A stretch of DNA of 64,000 nt from Bdellovibrionales bacterium (GTDB lineage Bacteria > Bdellovibrionota > Bdellovibrionia > Bdellovibrionales > UBA1609), in the NCBI GenBank assembly GCA_965205945.1, contig CBDBIB010000003.1, forward strand, positions 608,394 to 672,393. The letters run 5' to 3'. Below the pieces are notes generated by a model that had not been told where the DNA came from, made no database searches, and was given only the letters and a program-made list of their open reading frames with translations. How positions within the stretch are numbered: position 1 is the first letter of the stretch; every line of letters starts with the position of its first letter. Shown here one piece after another: positions 9,223 to 19,425 of the stretch. A program made the position numbers and the translations under genes.

Positions 9223-11592
9223 TTAAAATATAGCTAAAGTAGCTCCATCGTTTAACTCTGCTTTCCAGGTTTTAACAAGAGGGTGACGAGATAAAAAGCT
9301 TCGAATATTTTTCTTTATTGTTTCAGTACCATGGCCGTGAATCACTTTTAAGCCATCAGACTCTAAACGAAGAGATTTATCAATAGAGCTTTCAAGCTCT
9401 TCAAGAGCTGTTTCAATGTCCATACCCCTTAGATCAACTTGGTTTTGAATTATACTTTTAAGTACATTTTTAGTAAATGGGGATCTTTTCATAAGCTTAG
9501 AGCCTTGTGTAGATGGGCTTACTGATCTAGCATCAGACCACTTAATAAGAAGTCTCATTGAACCACTCATGACAGGGACAAAGCCTTTAGAATTTGGAGT
9601 GCCTTGAATAATCCCCTTTTTTTTTAAGGAAGGGATGTAGACAGGGGTTCCCGGTGGAAATTTTAAAGAAAAATTTTTTTCAGTAATGTTTATAGTAGAG
9701 GGAGCAGAGAGTGTTTTTATAAGTGTTGGGGCTTTATCTTTCATTTTATCTAAGTGGGCTTTATTTTTAATAAAATTTTGTATATTTAAATAGGCTGAAT
9801 TTTTATTTAGATTATCTTGAGCACGTTTAATGCTCATTTCAAGAAGACTGTCTTGTTCTTGTCTGAATTCTTTTATCATTCCCTGGTACTCAGATTTAAG
9901 TTGATCAAGCTCCTTTTGTTTCTCTTTATAAGCCTTTCTTTGAGTTTTTAAACTTTCTTGTAAAAATTCAACCTCTATAAGACCTGAATATTTTTTCTTT
10001 TGATCGGGATTGAGAAAAAAAAGAGCCCGGTTAATAATATTAGGGCTTACTCCAACTTTTTTAGCCGTTTTTAAAGTTAAAGAATCTCCAGGAACACCTT
10101 TAATAAATTCGTAAGTAGGGGTTCCTTTTTTTTGATCAAAATACATAGAGCCATTTACAACCCCTGAATCTTTGGACCATCCGGATTTAAGTGGGCCTAA
10201 ATGTGATGTGATAAAACCCTTAACATTATTCTCTGATATTTTTTCAATAAAAGCCCTTGATAAAGCTGAACCTTCTCCGGCCTCCGTGGAGCCACAGATT
10301 TCATCAATAAGAATAAGGTTTTTAGGGCCTTTAAGGTTTGAACAAGCATCAAGAGCTTTTAAATGAGCAGCAAAAGTTGAAAGAGATTCTTCAACAGATT
10401 GGTGATCCCCAATGAGAACTTTAATAGTTTGAAAAAAAGGGACTACGCTGGATTCATGGGCACAGACAGGAAGGCCGCATCTTGCCATATGACAAGCAAG
10501 ACCAACACATTTAAGAAAGACTGTTTTTCCTCCAGCATTGGGTCCAGATAACAAAAGAATATTTTCTTTCTCAGAGAGTTCAAAATTATTTTTAGTTAAT
10601 TTTATTTTCTCATCAATTAGAAGAGGGTGAAAATTTTCTTTTAAACTTATAAAATGATTTTTATTAATAGTTATGCGGCTTGCACAATATTGGATAGACC
10701 AATCGGCGCAAGCAGATAAGGCATCAATTTCAATTGCAGCAAGGTAGGATTTATGGATTCGAGCATATTTAAGATGTAAAAAATCAGAAATTTCTTTTAA
10801 AAGGCGGTCAATCTCTTTTTTTATAATATTTTCAAGCTCACGAATACTGTTATTTAATCCAATAACTGCTTCAGGTTCTATATATACAGTTTGCTTAGAG
10901 TTACTAGAGTCATGAACGATTCCTTTAAAATCGTGTTGTTTTCCACTTATTATAGGTAAAACCCATCGACCTTCACGAGTTGTAACATATCGATCCTGTA
11001 AAATATGTTCTAAAGAAAAATCTTTTACAAGTTGATCTAAGGCCTTGTGAATTCTTTGAGAGAGAGATTTTTTTTTATTAAAGCTTTCAAAAAGTAAATG
11101 ACTAGCGTTGGATCTAAAAGCTCCATTTTCAGTGATAAGGGAAGAGATTTTTTCTAAAAATAAATCAGAATTAAGAACTCTGTCTATAAGTGAAGAAATT
11201 TTTTCAAACTCTGTCCAAGGGTAGATCGTATTTAAAGCTTTTAAATCTTCAAAAAAAAGTCTCATAGAGTTTAAATCTTGAGAGGTTAAAGATTGTCCTT
11301 TTTTAATGGAGTAAAGAATAGACTCAATGCCTTCAATACCATCAAGGTGAATTCTGTTAATATTGCTTAAAAGGATTTGTTTAAAGGAATCAATCATATC
11401 CATATTTTTTTGAGCTATAGAAATATGTTGGTAAGGTTTTATTTGAAGAAGCTTATCTTTTGCTTGAGAACAGCTTGTAAAACTTGCTATTTTTTCAAGA
11501 ACAATCTGCCAATCAAGGTCGGTTTGTTCTATTTTTGTATTTTGAAGTGACTGTTTCAAATTTATCTTTCCCACTAGGCTTTTTATACACAA
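9223..11592 (-). CDS. mutS2: Endonuclease MutS2
   Basis: HDSSNSKQTVYIEP, Walker A GPNAGGKT, SLSTF, LIDE, C-terminal Smr domain (DLRG...IHGHGT); true start may be TTG at 11559. Confidence 0.93.
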   Translation of the reverse strand: MCIKSLVGKINLKQSLQNTKIEQTDLDWQIVLEKIASFTSCSQAKDKLLQIKPYQHISIAQKNMDMIDSFKQILLSNINRIHLDGIEGIESILYSIKKGQSLTSQDLNSMRLFFEDLKALNTIYPWTEFEKISSLIDRVLNSDLFLEKISSLITENGAFRSNASHLLFESFNKKKSLSQRIHKALDQLVKDFSLEHILQDRYVTTREGRWVLPIISGKQHDFKGIVHDSSNSKQTVYIEPEAVIGLNNSIRELENIIKKEIDRLLKEISDFLHLKYARIHKSYLAAIEIDALSACADWSIQYCASRITINKNHFISLKENFHPLLIDEKIKLTKNNFELSEKENILLLSGPNAGGKTVFLKCVGLACHMARCGLPVCAHESSVVPFFQTIKVLIGDHQSVEESLSTFAAHLKALDACSNLKGPKNLILIDEICGSTEAGEGSALSRAFIEKISENNVKGFITSHLGPLKSGWSKDSGVVNGSMYFDQKKGTPTYEFIKGVPGDSLTLKTAKKVGVSPNIINRALFFLNPDQKKKYSGLIEVEFLQESLKTQRKAYKEKQKELDQLKSEYQGMIKEFRQEQDSLLEMSIKRAQDNLNKNSAYLNIQNFIKNKAHLDKMKDKAPTLIKTLSAPSTINITEKNFSLKFPPGTPVYIPSLKKKGIIQGTPNSKGFVPVMSGSMRLLIKWSDARSVSPSTQGSKLMKRSPFTKNVLKSIIQNQVDLRGMDIETALEELESSIDKSLRLESDGLKVIHGHGTETIKKNIRSFLSRHPLVKTWKAELNDGATLAIF

Positions 11593-13102
11593 GTGAGATA
11601 ATAAACAGAATTATAATAAGGGGCAAAGGAATCGCATAGCCCCATCTTTGGTAAATGGTTTTCTGTGGCTTAGAGGAGTAGGGGATTTCATAAAAGCCTC
11701 CCCATTGAGCATAAAGAGGTGACTCTTCTAAAAATGTTCCATTAGAAAGAATAACAGTTGAAATTCCTGTATTTGTAGATCTAATTAGTGGCTGACGGTT
11801 TTCAATAACTCTAAAGGCACTTGAATACATGTGTTGCCAAGGTTGAGAATACGGACCATACCAAGAGTCATTTGTCAGATTTACCATGATCTGAGAACCT
11901 TTTTCTACAAGCTTACGACTAAACCAGGGGTATAAGCCCTCATAACATATTTGTATACCAATGTTAGCTTCATCAAAGCTTCGAACCTGAGGAGACTCTC
12001 CTCTTTGGAAATCACCAACCATAGGAAACCATTTTCTTAAAAAAGGAAATATTTCTTCAAAAGGCATATATTCACCAAAAGCTAAAAGAATTTTTTTGTA
12101 CACAGGAGCAGAGGGTGAGGAGCCTGTTTTATTTAAAAATAAGACGGCGTTAGCAGTTTTTTTATTAGGAGTCTGTGCAAAAACTCCTGTAATAAGGTTA
12201 GTATTGTTTTTTCTAATAAACTCCATAAGCTTTTTAGTGTTAGGGGTTTGAAAGAATCTTTGATCATAGTATTCTGGAAATGCAGTTTCAGGCCAAATGA
12301 TTAAGTCAGCCTTCTTTTTTGATTTATTAAGTCCTAGCTGTGTGACCCTAAAGTATTCATTAACAATTTTTGATTTGTAATTATACTGGTTTTGCATGAA
12401 TTGATCTTGAATATTTCCGATATTGGCTTGGCCTATGACTACGTTGTAGGTTGAGTCAGTTTTTGGAAGGCTTTTAACGTATAGACTTCCTGTAAAATTA
12501 AAAAAGAGAAGAAAGCAGATACCTGCTGTCATAGGAAGTTTTGTTGTCTTTAGTTTTAAAAAGCTAAACAGAAAAAGAGCATTTAAGAAGATAGTGAGCC
12601 CACTTATTCCGTCTGAACCAATAATATCTGCAAATTGATATCCTTCAAGGCCCCCATAAAGCCACCCTAGACTAAAGTTCCAGGGAAATAGAAGCGGGAA
12701 TACCGACCATGAAAGAGCAAAAATAGCTGCTGCTGAAAGTAGTTTTTGGCTTGCAAATGGGCGAATCCATTTGGCAAAAATAAACCCTATAAAAGAGATG
12801 TGAATATGGCAAAAAACTGTAAAAAGTAAACATATTAAAATGCTTAAAGGCCATGAAAGGCGGGCAAATTTTTGAATTAGATAAGCTATCCAATAAAAGC
12901 CAATTATGGATCCAATAAAAAAGCTTAAAGTAGTGTAGAGAAAAACTTTTTTAGGACATTCTTTAATCCAAATATAAAAAAGAGGAGCTAAACAAAAAAA
13001 CAAGGCCCATGGAGGGAAAGGAATTATGCTTGTGCCTAGAAAAAATCCTGTTAAAATTGAAAGAGTAAGTGATGAATTAAATTTTATATGTTTTTTTATC
13101 AT
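11513..13102 (-). CDS. lnt: Apolipoprotein N-acyltransferase
   Basis: Multiple TM helices; nitrilase triad motifs WPETA, K..LLAFGEYMP, QICYE; NLTNDSWY, RSTNTGIS. Confidence 0.93.
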   Translation of the reverse strand: MIKKHIKFNSSLTLSILTGFFLGTSIIPFPPWALFFCLAPLFYIWIKECPKKVFLYTTLSFFIGSIIGFYWIAYLIQKFARLSWPLSILICLLFTVFCHIHISFIGFIFAKWIRPFASQKLLSAAAIFALSWSVFPLLFPWNFSLGWLYGGLEGYQFADIIGSDGISGLTIFLNALFLFSFLKLKTTKLPMTAGICFLLFFNFTGSLYVKSLPKTDSTYNVVIGQANIGNIQDQFMQNQYNYKSKIVNEYFRVTQLGLNKSKKKADLIIWPETAFPEYYDQRFFQTPNTKKLMEFIRKNNTNLITGVFAQTPNKKTANAVLFLNKTGSSPSAPVYKKILLAFGEYMPFEEIFPFLRKWFPMVGDFQRGESPQVRSFDEANIGIQICYEGLYPWFSRKLVEKGSQIMVNLTNDSWYGPYSQPWQHMYSSAFRVIENRQPLIRSTNTGISTVILSNGTFLEESPLYAQWGGFYEIPYSSKPQKTIYQRWGYAIPLPLIIILFIISLVYKKPSGKDKFETVTSKYKNRTNRP

Positions 13103-13140
13103 TCTAGATATAGTTTGACAGTTAAGTAAGAGAGGACCAA

Positions 13141-13893
13141 TTGAATAATGTAGATTCTTACATAAATAATGAAAATCATGATTTAAGTCGTATTTATTTT
13201 AAATGTCCTAACTGTTTAAAGTCTTATTCCTCAGATCCGGCAAAAATATATGTAGAAGAGCCTGAGTATACTTGTTTAAAGTGTCAAACAAAGTTTTTAA
13301 TTCCACTATTAGCAACCCTTCAGCAATCTGAAGTTATTGGAACTCCTTTAAAAACAGTTCAACTGCCTAAAGCGCTGAAGGTAGAGACTTTAGACACAAA
13401 ATCAGTATTAAATCAGCTTCAGCAAGAGTTTGATTTTAAAGCTCTAAAAAAAGGTAGCTTTAATGAGCTTGTGGAGAAGAATCTTGAAATAGATTTTGAA
13501 TTTGAATGGTCAAAGGTTTTAAAAGATTATAAGGATAGAGCTGTTCACCTTGATTTTATAGAGTATTGTAAAAAGAAAATGCATCTAGAATTTGCTATTG
13601 AAAAATATGCAAAACTTATAAGTGTAAATCCTCATGATTCATTAGCTAAAAGTTTTTTAAAGAAAATTGAATTTGATATAGAATCTAGAATGAATCTTGA
13701 GTCTGTTAAAAAATTTAAACTGTTTACAAGATCATTTTATACCACTTTAGGAATCATTTGCTTAGGTATTTTAATGATTCTTATGGGAACTTTATGGTTT
13801 CAAAATAAAAATATAACAGGCCTGGGATTAGGACTCATATTTTTTACGTTTGCTGTTAAGGCGTTTTTCCAACCTCGTCAATTAGGGGACTAG
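13141..13893 (+). CDS. Zinc-ribbon membrane protein
   Basis: CPNC...CLKC pair near the N-terminus; two hydrophobic helices at the C-terminus. Confidence 0.6.
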   Translation: MNNVDSYINNENHDLSRIYFKCPNCLKSYSSDPAKIYVEEPEYTCLKCQTKFLIPLLATLQQSEVIGTPLKTVQLPKALKVETLDTKSVLNQLQQEFDFKALKKGSFNELVEKNLEIDFEFEWSKVLKDYKDRAVHLDFIEYCKKKMHLEFAIEKYAKLISVNPHDSLAKSFLKKIEFDIESRMNLESVKKFKLFTRSFYTTLGIICLGILMILMGTLWFQNKNITGLGLGLIFFTFAVKAFFQPRQLGD

Positions 13894-15325
13894 TGTTTTT
13901 TTTAGGATGAAGTGTGCTTTTAGAATTAAGCTGACGTTGAGTGGTTTTAATTTTATTTAAAAGGTTTGTTGAAAAATATATCATAGAGTTTTTATTGCCG
14001 CTAACCTCATTATTTTTATCATCGCTATAAGTGAATTTATCCCCAGAAAAAGATTCATTGGGCAGGTTAGAAATATTATTTGCTACAACTCCTGTAGCCC
14101 CTACGTTTTGATCTAAAATGCTTAAGGCTCTATATGAATTTAGCTTTCTATGGTATCGAGTTTTTCCCTTTAATGATTCAACAATATCTCCGGTGTTTTT
14201 TATGTACTTAGCTATTTGATTAGCGTCAAAATCTGGGTTGTGAGCCATTAATAATGCAGCAACACCACTTACAAAAGCTGTAGCCTGAGATGTTCCAGTC
14301 ATATATCCATACCTACTATGTGGTAGAGTAGAGTAGATGTTTTTTCCAGGTGCTGCAATATCAACAGTGATAACTCCATAGTTACTTGAAGGCAGAATAT
14401 TTTTTTTAGAATCTAAAGCTGTCACTGAGATGATATTATCCAACTTATAGTCGGCAGGATAATACTTATTTGTATCAGAATTTGATTTTTCGTTACCTGC
14501 AGCTGCAACAAATAAGATCCCTTTTTTTTGTGCTTTTGAAATAGCATTTTTTTCTTCTTTACTAAAATCAAGGCCTCCACCAGAGTAATTTATTATTTGT
14601 GCACCGTTTTCTATGGCATAGTGAATAGATTTAACAGTATTTTCTAAATTGTTTAAGCCTGGAGATTTTGGGTCATAGTATTTTAGAGTCATGATGCTTA
14701 CATTTGGGGATACTCCACTAATACCTTTTGCATTGCCTCCAACAGCTCCTAAAATACCTGAAATATGTGTTCCGTGTCCATGATTGTCAGTAAGATCATT
14801 GTTTTGTGAAGTAAAACTCCAGCCATGTATATCATCAATATAACCGTTTTTATCGTCATCAATACCATTTGTGCGTTTATCTTTGCCTTTGATGTCTTTT
14901 CCAATCTCACCTTTATTTATCCAGATATTTTTTTTAAGATCTTCATGGTTTTTATCAATTCCAGTATCAATTACTGCAACAATAATATTCTTACTGCCTT
15001 TTGTTAAATTCCAGGCTGCCTTTGATTCAGTGAGTTTTAGCCCCCATTTTTCAGACATATTAGGATCATTCATAATCACGGCGTTCTCATTTTTTTTCTT
15101 TTCTGCCGTTTGAGCATTGCTTAAAAGAGTGGAGCGTTTTATGTTTTGATTAATGGAGTTTAGAGATAAGATTTTAAAATTTTTATTTTCTTTTTGGTGA
15201 AGATTATCTTTTTTAAAGCTTTGTATGGATCTCCAATGTGGCTCTAGTCCTTGAATACTTAAAAAGCCAAGGCATAAAAAGCCAACCAAATATTTCTTAT
15301 AGTGGTTTAAAAATTTAACTAACAT
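13856..15325 (-). CDS. Secreted S8 subtilisin-family serine protease
   Basis: VIDTG (Asp), HGHGTH (His), AAGN oxyanion, GTSQA (Ser); ATG at 15325 follows a GGGGAAG SD-like sequence. Confidence 0.92.
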   Translation of the reverse strand: MLVKFLNHYKKYLVGFLCLGFLSIQGLEPHWRSIQSFKKDNLHQKENKNFKILSLNSINQNIKRSTLLSNAQTAEKKKNENAVIMNDPNMSEKWGLKLTESKAAWNLTKGSKNIIVAVIDTGIDKNHEDLKKNIWINKGEIGKDIKGKDKRTNGIDDDKNGYIDDIHGWSFTSQNNDLTDNHGHGTHISGILGAVGGNAKGISGVSPNVSIMTLKYYDPKSPGLNNLENTVKSIHYAIENGAQIINYSGGGLDFSKEEKNAISKAQKKGILFVAAAGNEKSNSDTNKYYPADYKLDNIISVTALDSKKNILPSSNYGVITVDIAAPGKNIYSTLPHSRYGYMTGTSQATAFVSGVAALLMAHNPDFDANQIAKYIKNTGDIVESLKGKTRYHRKLNSYRALSILDQNVGATGVVANNISNLPNESFSGDKFTYSDDKNNEVSGNKNSMIYFSTNLLNKIKTTQRQLNSKSTLHPKKNTSPLIDEVGKTP

Positions 15326-15347
15326 AGTATGATCTTCCCCCATATAC

Positions 15348-15374
15348 GTATCGGAAAAAAAGACAAAAGTCTTA
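15348..15374 (-). promoter_or_regulatory. sigma28/FliA-like promoter of the S8 protease
   Basis: Minus strand reads TAAG-N15-TCCGATAC. Confidence 0.6.
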
Positions 15375-15681
15375 GGACTTTAGTTTATTGTTTTAAATTA
15401 ATACGTTTATACTTTAAATTAAGGGCATTAAAATGTTTTGCCTACGTAAACGTTGTACTTAATTGTTTTGTTTTAAGACAAAGTTATCCCACAACTAAAA
15501 GCTAGAGACCTTTTTGATCTTTGACCGCTGCTGCCTTAGGTATTTTAAATCTTGTTAAAGAAATATAAGGTGACAATTTTAATATATTTAAGATATAGTG
15601 TTAGTTTTATTTTGAGTATTAAAGAAGGTTTTATGATAGAATTATTAGCAATGAGTTTTATGAAAATAAGAAAGCGAGAAG

Positions 15682-16749
15682 ATGTCTTTTTTTAGAAAAA
15701 ATAGTAATTCTAGGTATTTAAAAGAGCAGCGAAAAGATGTTGTTGCTTTTCATTATGTCTCTAAAAGTAAGGTTAAGGATGCATCTTATGTTTTTATCTG
15801 GGATCTTGATAAGACATATTTAGATACGCATTTTGAAAGTTTTAGTGGTCTTATGCGAGGAATTTTTGAAAAAGCATTTCAAAAAAGAAATGTCCCAGGT
15901 ACAGCAGAGTTAGTGAAGGCTCTTTCTAAGCAAATAAACCCATTGCCAATTTATTTTATTTCAGCTTCTCCCCCTCAAATGCAAGAAAAGATTAAAAGCA
16001 AACTTGATTTAGACGGTATTCAACCCTTTGGATTTTTATCAAAAGATAACTTAAAAAACCTACGCCCAGCTCTTTGGAAGCATTTGACTAATCATATAGG
16101 GTTTAAGATTCAAGCCTTAATGGAGATAAGACTTTTACTTTCAAAAGACTGTAAGATGATTTGTTGGGGCGATGACAGTGAAGCTGATGCAACTGTTTAT
16201 TCTTTATTTTCAGATATTTGCTCTTATAGGTTAACAGATAGGGAGATTAGATCGCTACTAATAGATTTTAGTATTTCTGTAGATCAAATTGATTTAATTA
16301 TTGAGCTTAGAGATGAAAAAAAAGATTTTGATCCTTTAAAAAGAGTCTATATTAATTTGGCTATTGATACTGATCCTGAGTATTATAGGAGATATGGTAG
16401 AAGGCTTATGGCTGTAGACAATACTTTTGAGGTTGTATTAGACCTATTTCAAAGAGGTTTTGTGAGTTTAGAGGGTGTTTTAGATGTAGTAAAGGCTTTA
16501 AAAGAAAACTATAACTTTAATAGGCATAACTTTGAACGTTCTTATGAGCTTTTATGTGTAAGAAAAAGAATGTCAAACCTTGCAGGAGATTTGATTAAAT
16601 CTGCGCTTAAAGATTTAGGGTTTATGCATGAAAACTACGAGCCTACAGTTGCACCTTTGAATTTAGATAAGATACCTCTTAAGAATGATTTTACTCAAAT
16701 TGTAAGGCCTTGGGTTTCTGAAAGAATTGACTATCTTTCAGGTTATTAA
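15682..16749 (+). CDS. App1/DUF2183-like HAD-family phosphatidate phosphatase domain protein
   Basis: WDLDKT (DxDxT), YFISASP and GDDSEAD motifs. Confidence 0.7.
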   Translation: MSFFRKNSNSRYLKEQRKDVVAFHYVSKSKVKDASYVFIWDLDKTYLDTHFESFSGLMRGIFEKAFQKRNVPGTAELVKALSKQINPLPIYFISASPPQMQEKIKSKLDLDGIQPFGFLSKDNLKNLRPALWKHLTNHIGFKIQALMEIRLLLSKDCKMICWGDDSEADATVYSLFSDICSYRLTDREIRSLLIDFSISVDQIDLIIELRDEKKDFDPLKRVYINLAIDTDPEYYRRYGRRLMAVDNTFEVVLDLFQRGFVSLEGVLDVVKALKENYNFNRHNFERSYELLCVRKRMSNLAGDLIKSALKDLGFMHENYEPTVAPLNLDKIPLKNDFTQIVRPWVSERIDYLSGY

Positions 16750-16806
16750 ACTATAAGGTTAAGATAATTTTATATAAAAAGCCTTTAAGTTTTAATAATT
16801 TAAAGT

Positions 16807-17604
16807 TTATTCAAATTCAATAGGGTAAGTAACTAAAATAGAGCTGCCATCAAAGGGGAGTGTTTTAATACGTGTAAATACTTCTATGATGCAGTTCTTA
16901 AAAAGTTCATCTTTAAAAAAACTAGAATCTTTTATTCTAGAAGAGCTTACTTTGCCTGTGCGCTGTAGTGTAAACTCTACAACAAGTTTTCCTGTAGCCA
17001 TGGGATTTTTACGTAAATAGTTTTCGTAACATTTTTTAAGTAAAGATCTTTTATTTGCAATAAGTTCATCTAGTAAGGGTTTTTTATTTAAAATATTATT
17101 AGAAGTGTCTTTGGATTTTGCAGGGATATTAATATCGTGGTGAGTAGAGTCTTTTAGATCATTCTTGTTAAAGTAAGGTTTAATAATCCAGCCCTTGTAG
17201 GTTAAAATTAAATTTTGAAACTCATTTTTTGGACTTACTTCTTTAAACTCTGAAAAATTTATGAAAACCTTTTTTGTCTCAGGAGAGATAACTTGAAAGT
17301 TTACATCAGCAGGACCGAAGAGAGTGATTTCTTCATCAGATAGAATAAGGGTTATAACAGAATTTGGGGCTAGAATAAAGCGTTCTTTTGAATAAATTTT
17401 TTGTTTAATTATAACAGGCTTTCTTTTTGATTCTGTTAAGTATTTTTCAACACTACCAGTAGTTGAGACAACAGAACCAATTTCATATTGAATCTGTGGT
17501 TTGAGTAAAGAAGGATTAAGGCTTAAGAAAAGACTTAATCCTGCAATAGATAGGCAAATTAAACCGAGTGAAAAAAGGAAAAAGAAAAGTTTATTGATCT
17601 TCAC
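16807..17604 (-). CDS. AgmX/PglI-type TonB C-terminal domain membrane protein
   Basis: N-terminal TM helix; C-terminal LKKCYE...GKLVVEFTL...G.V...CI...F...YPIEF pattern. Confidence 0.7.
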   Translation of the reverse strand: MKINKLFFFLFSLGLICLSIAGLSLFLSLNPSLLKPQIQYEIGSVVSTTGSVEKYLTESKRKPVIIKQKIYSKERFILAPNSVITLILSDEEITLFGPADVNFQVISPETKKVFINFSEFKEVSPKNEFQNLILTYKGWIIKPYFNKNDLKDSTHHDINIPAKSKDTSNNILNKKPLLDELIANKRSLLKKCYENYLRKNPMATGKLVVEFTLQRTGKVSSSRIKDSSFFKDELFKNCIIEVFTRIKTLPFDGSSILVTYPIEFE

Positions 17605-17956
17605 CTTTAGACGCTTTTTTCTTTGTTTTTGTTTTAATGTTTTCTATAGCTTTATTTTTTGTTGTATCAGCTCCATCTAAAACAGGGGCAGAAATTTTGA
17701 CATCATCATCAACAGCGCTTGAATTGTTGTTTTTCATTAAACTATAGTTAATTCCTATTACACAAAATGCAAATAAAACGGCAATGACTCTGGTGGCTTT
17801 AACAATAAAACTCGTAGCACCTGTAGCACCAAAAAGACTTTTTCCACCGCCTCCACCAAAAAGTGCACCTCCACCACCCTTAGGGTCCTGTAAAAGAACT
17901 AGGCAAATAAGTGTTAAAGCAATAAAAACATAAAATATAATTAAAGCAGATGTCAT
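17591..17956 (-). CDS. secG: Preprotein translocase subunit SecG
   Basis: Two TM helices around LVLLQDPKGGG...LFG glycine-rich loop. Confidence 0.9.
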   Translation of the reverse strand: MTSALIIFYVFIALTLICLVLLQDPKGGGGALFGGGGGKSLFGATGATSFIVKATRVIAVLFAFCVIGINYSLMKNNNSSAVDDDVKISAPVLDGADTTKNKAIENIKTKTKKKASKGEDQ

Positions 17957-18059
17957 AAGTTGTTCTCCAAAAAAGGAAAATGTACTCTAAAATCATTAAA
18001 AATGGCTACCTTTAGTTTGAACTAAAGCCGCTTAAGAGCAGCGTGTCATTTAAGAAAAA

Positions 18060-18704
18060 TTGGAGCTATTCATGTTTATTGTGTTTGAAGGTTTAGACGG
18101 CTCAGGAAAGTCTACTCTTATGAAAGCATTTAAAAAAAGCCTTTTAAGCAAGCAGATAAGGTTTGAGCAGGTCTTTGATCCTGGTGGCACTAGGATTGGT
18201 GATCAAATCAGAAAAATTTTATTATCAAAGGAAGAAAAGCTATTAGGCGAAACAGAGCTATTACTTTATCAGGCTTCGAGAGCAGAACTTGTAGCTAAAA
18301 AGATTAAACCAGCTTTAAAAGAGGGAAAGTGGGTGATTTCTGATAGATTTTATCAAAGCACGCTAGCATTCCAAGGTTATGGAAGAGGGCTTAGTTTATC
18401 TAATATAGATTGGCTAAATAGCTTTGCTACAAAAAGTTTAGTTCCAAATGTTGTAATCTGGGTAGATACTCCTGTTGATATTTGTCAACACAGGCTTCAA
18501 AAAAGAAAATCTGAAGGTAAGGTTTTAGATAGGCTTGAAGAAGAAAAACTAAGCTTTCATAATAAAGTCTATGAGGGTTATAAGAGTATTTTAAAAGCAG
18601 ATCAAAAATCTTATTGGATTGTTTTAAATGGAGGGCAAAGTTTTAAAGAACTTATAAGGGAATTAGATAAAAAGTTTTTAGACTTTCAGAGGCAAAATGA
18701 TTAG
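18060..18704 (+). CDS. tmk: Thymidylate kinase
   Basis: FIVFEGLDGSGKST P-loop; DRF..STLAFQGYGRG; ATG at 18072 is the likelier start. Confidence 0.94.
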   Translation: MELFMFIVFEGLDGSGKSTLMKAFKKSLLSKQIRFEQVFDPGGTRIGDQIRKILLSKEEKLLGETELLLYQASRAELVAKKIKPALKEGKWVISDRFYQSTLAFQGYGRGLSLSNIDWLNSFATKSLVPNVVIWVDTPVDICQHRLQKRKSEGKVLDRLEEEKLSFHNKVYEGYKSILKADQKSYWIVLNGGQSFKELIRELDKKFLDFQRQND

Positions 18705-19425
18705 TTCATCACTTGAGAAAAAACTCTCTATATTAAAAAAGACTAAAAAAATTCCAAATGTTTTTTTAATTACAGGGCTATATGATCAGGAAACAAAAGC
18801 AAAGATTTTAGTTGAAATAGCCTGTTATTTAGAAGGATCAACAGTTTCAGAGGCTAAGGGGAGTATTATTTTTTTAAACTCACAAGCTTTAAGTTCTATT
18901 AAAGTCGATGAGGTAAGAGATCTTTTAAAAAAAATATCACTTCGTAATTGGGATCCTTTATCAGGCCGATATGTTTTGGTGCCAAAATCAGAACTTTTAA
19001 CTACACAAAGTTCTAATGCCCTTTTAAAATCATTGGAAGAAACTCCTAAAGGAACTTGTTTTATTTTAGGTGCTCCCTCTAAAAGAAGTGTTTTAAAAAC
19101 TGTGTTATCAAGAAGTTTTGTAATAAATGAAGAGGTAGACTATTTGACTTTAAAAGAAAAACTAAATGTATTTGAAGAGGCTTTTTTTACTAAAGATCTT
19201 AACCCTTTTTTAAAATTATCGAAAAAAGATATTCAAGGAGAATGGCAGGAGTTTTTTTTAAAAGTTAAAGAAAACTTTATAAACAAAGCATACTCTGGAG
19301 AGTTAGATAAAAATGAATGGCATAGGCTTTTTGATTTTATAGATGATTTAGATGAAAAAATTAAAGCAAATATGGATGTAAAATGGTTGGCTTCATCAAT
19401 TCAAAGGTTTGGATTTAATGACTGA
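18697..19425 (+). CDS. holB: DNA polymerase III delta-prime-like subunit (short, divergent)
   Basis: IKVDEVR, SNALLKSLEE and TVLSRS motifs; position between tmk and tatD. Confidence 0.75.
   Translation: MISSSLEKKLSILKKTKKIPNVFLITGLYDQETKAKILVEIACYLEGSTVSEAKGSIIFLNSQALSSIKVDEVRDLLKKISLRNWDPLSGRYVLVPKSELLTTQSSNALLKSLEETPKGTCFILGAPSKRSVLKTVLSRSFVINEEVDYLTLKEKLNVFEEAFFTKDLNPFLKLSKKDIQGEWQEFFLKVKENFINKAYSGELDKNEWHRLFDFIDDLDEKIKANMDVKWLASSIQRFGFND

Noticed and set aside
15484..15493. TTATCCCACA as a DnaA box or origin
   Set aside because: Imperfect single copy; no cluster and no visible skew switch
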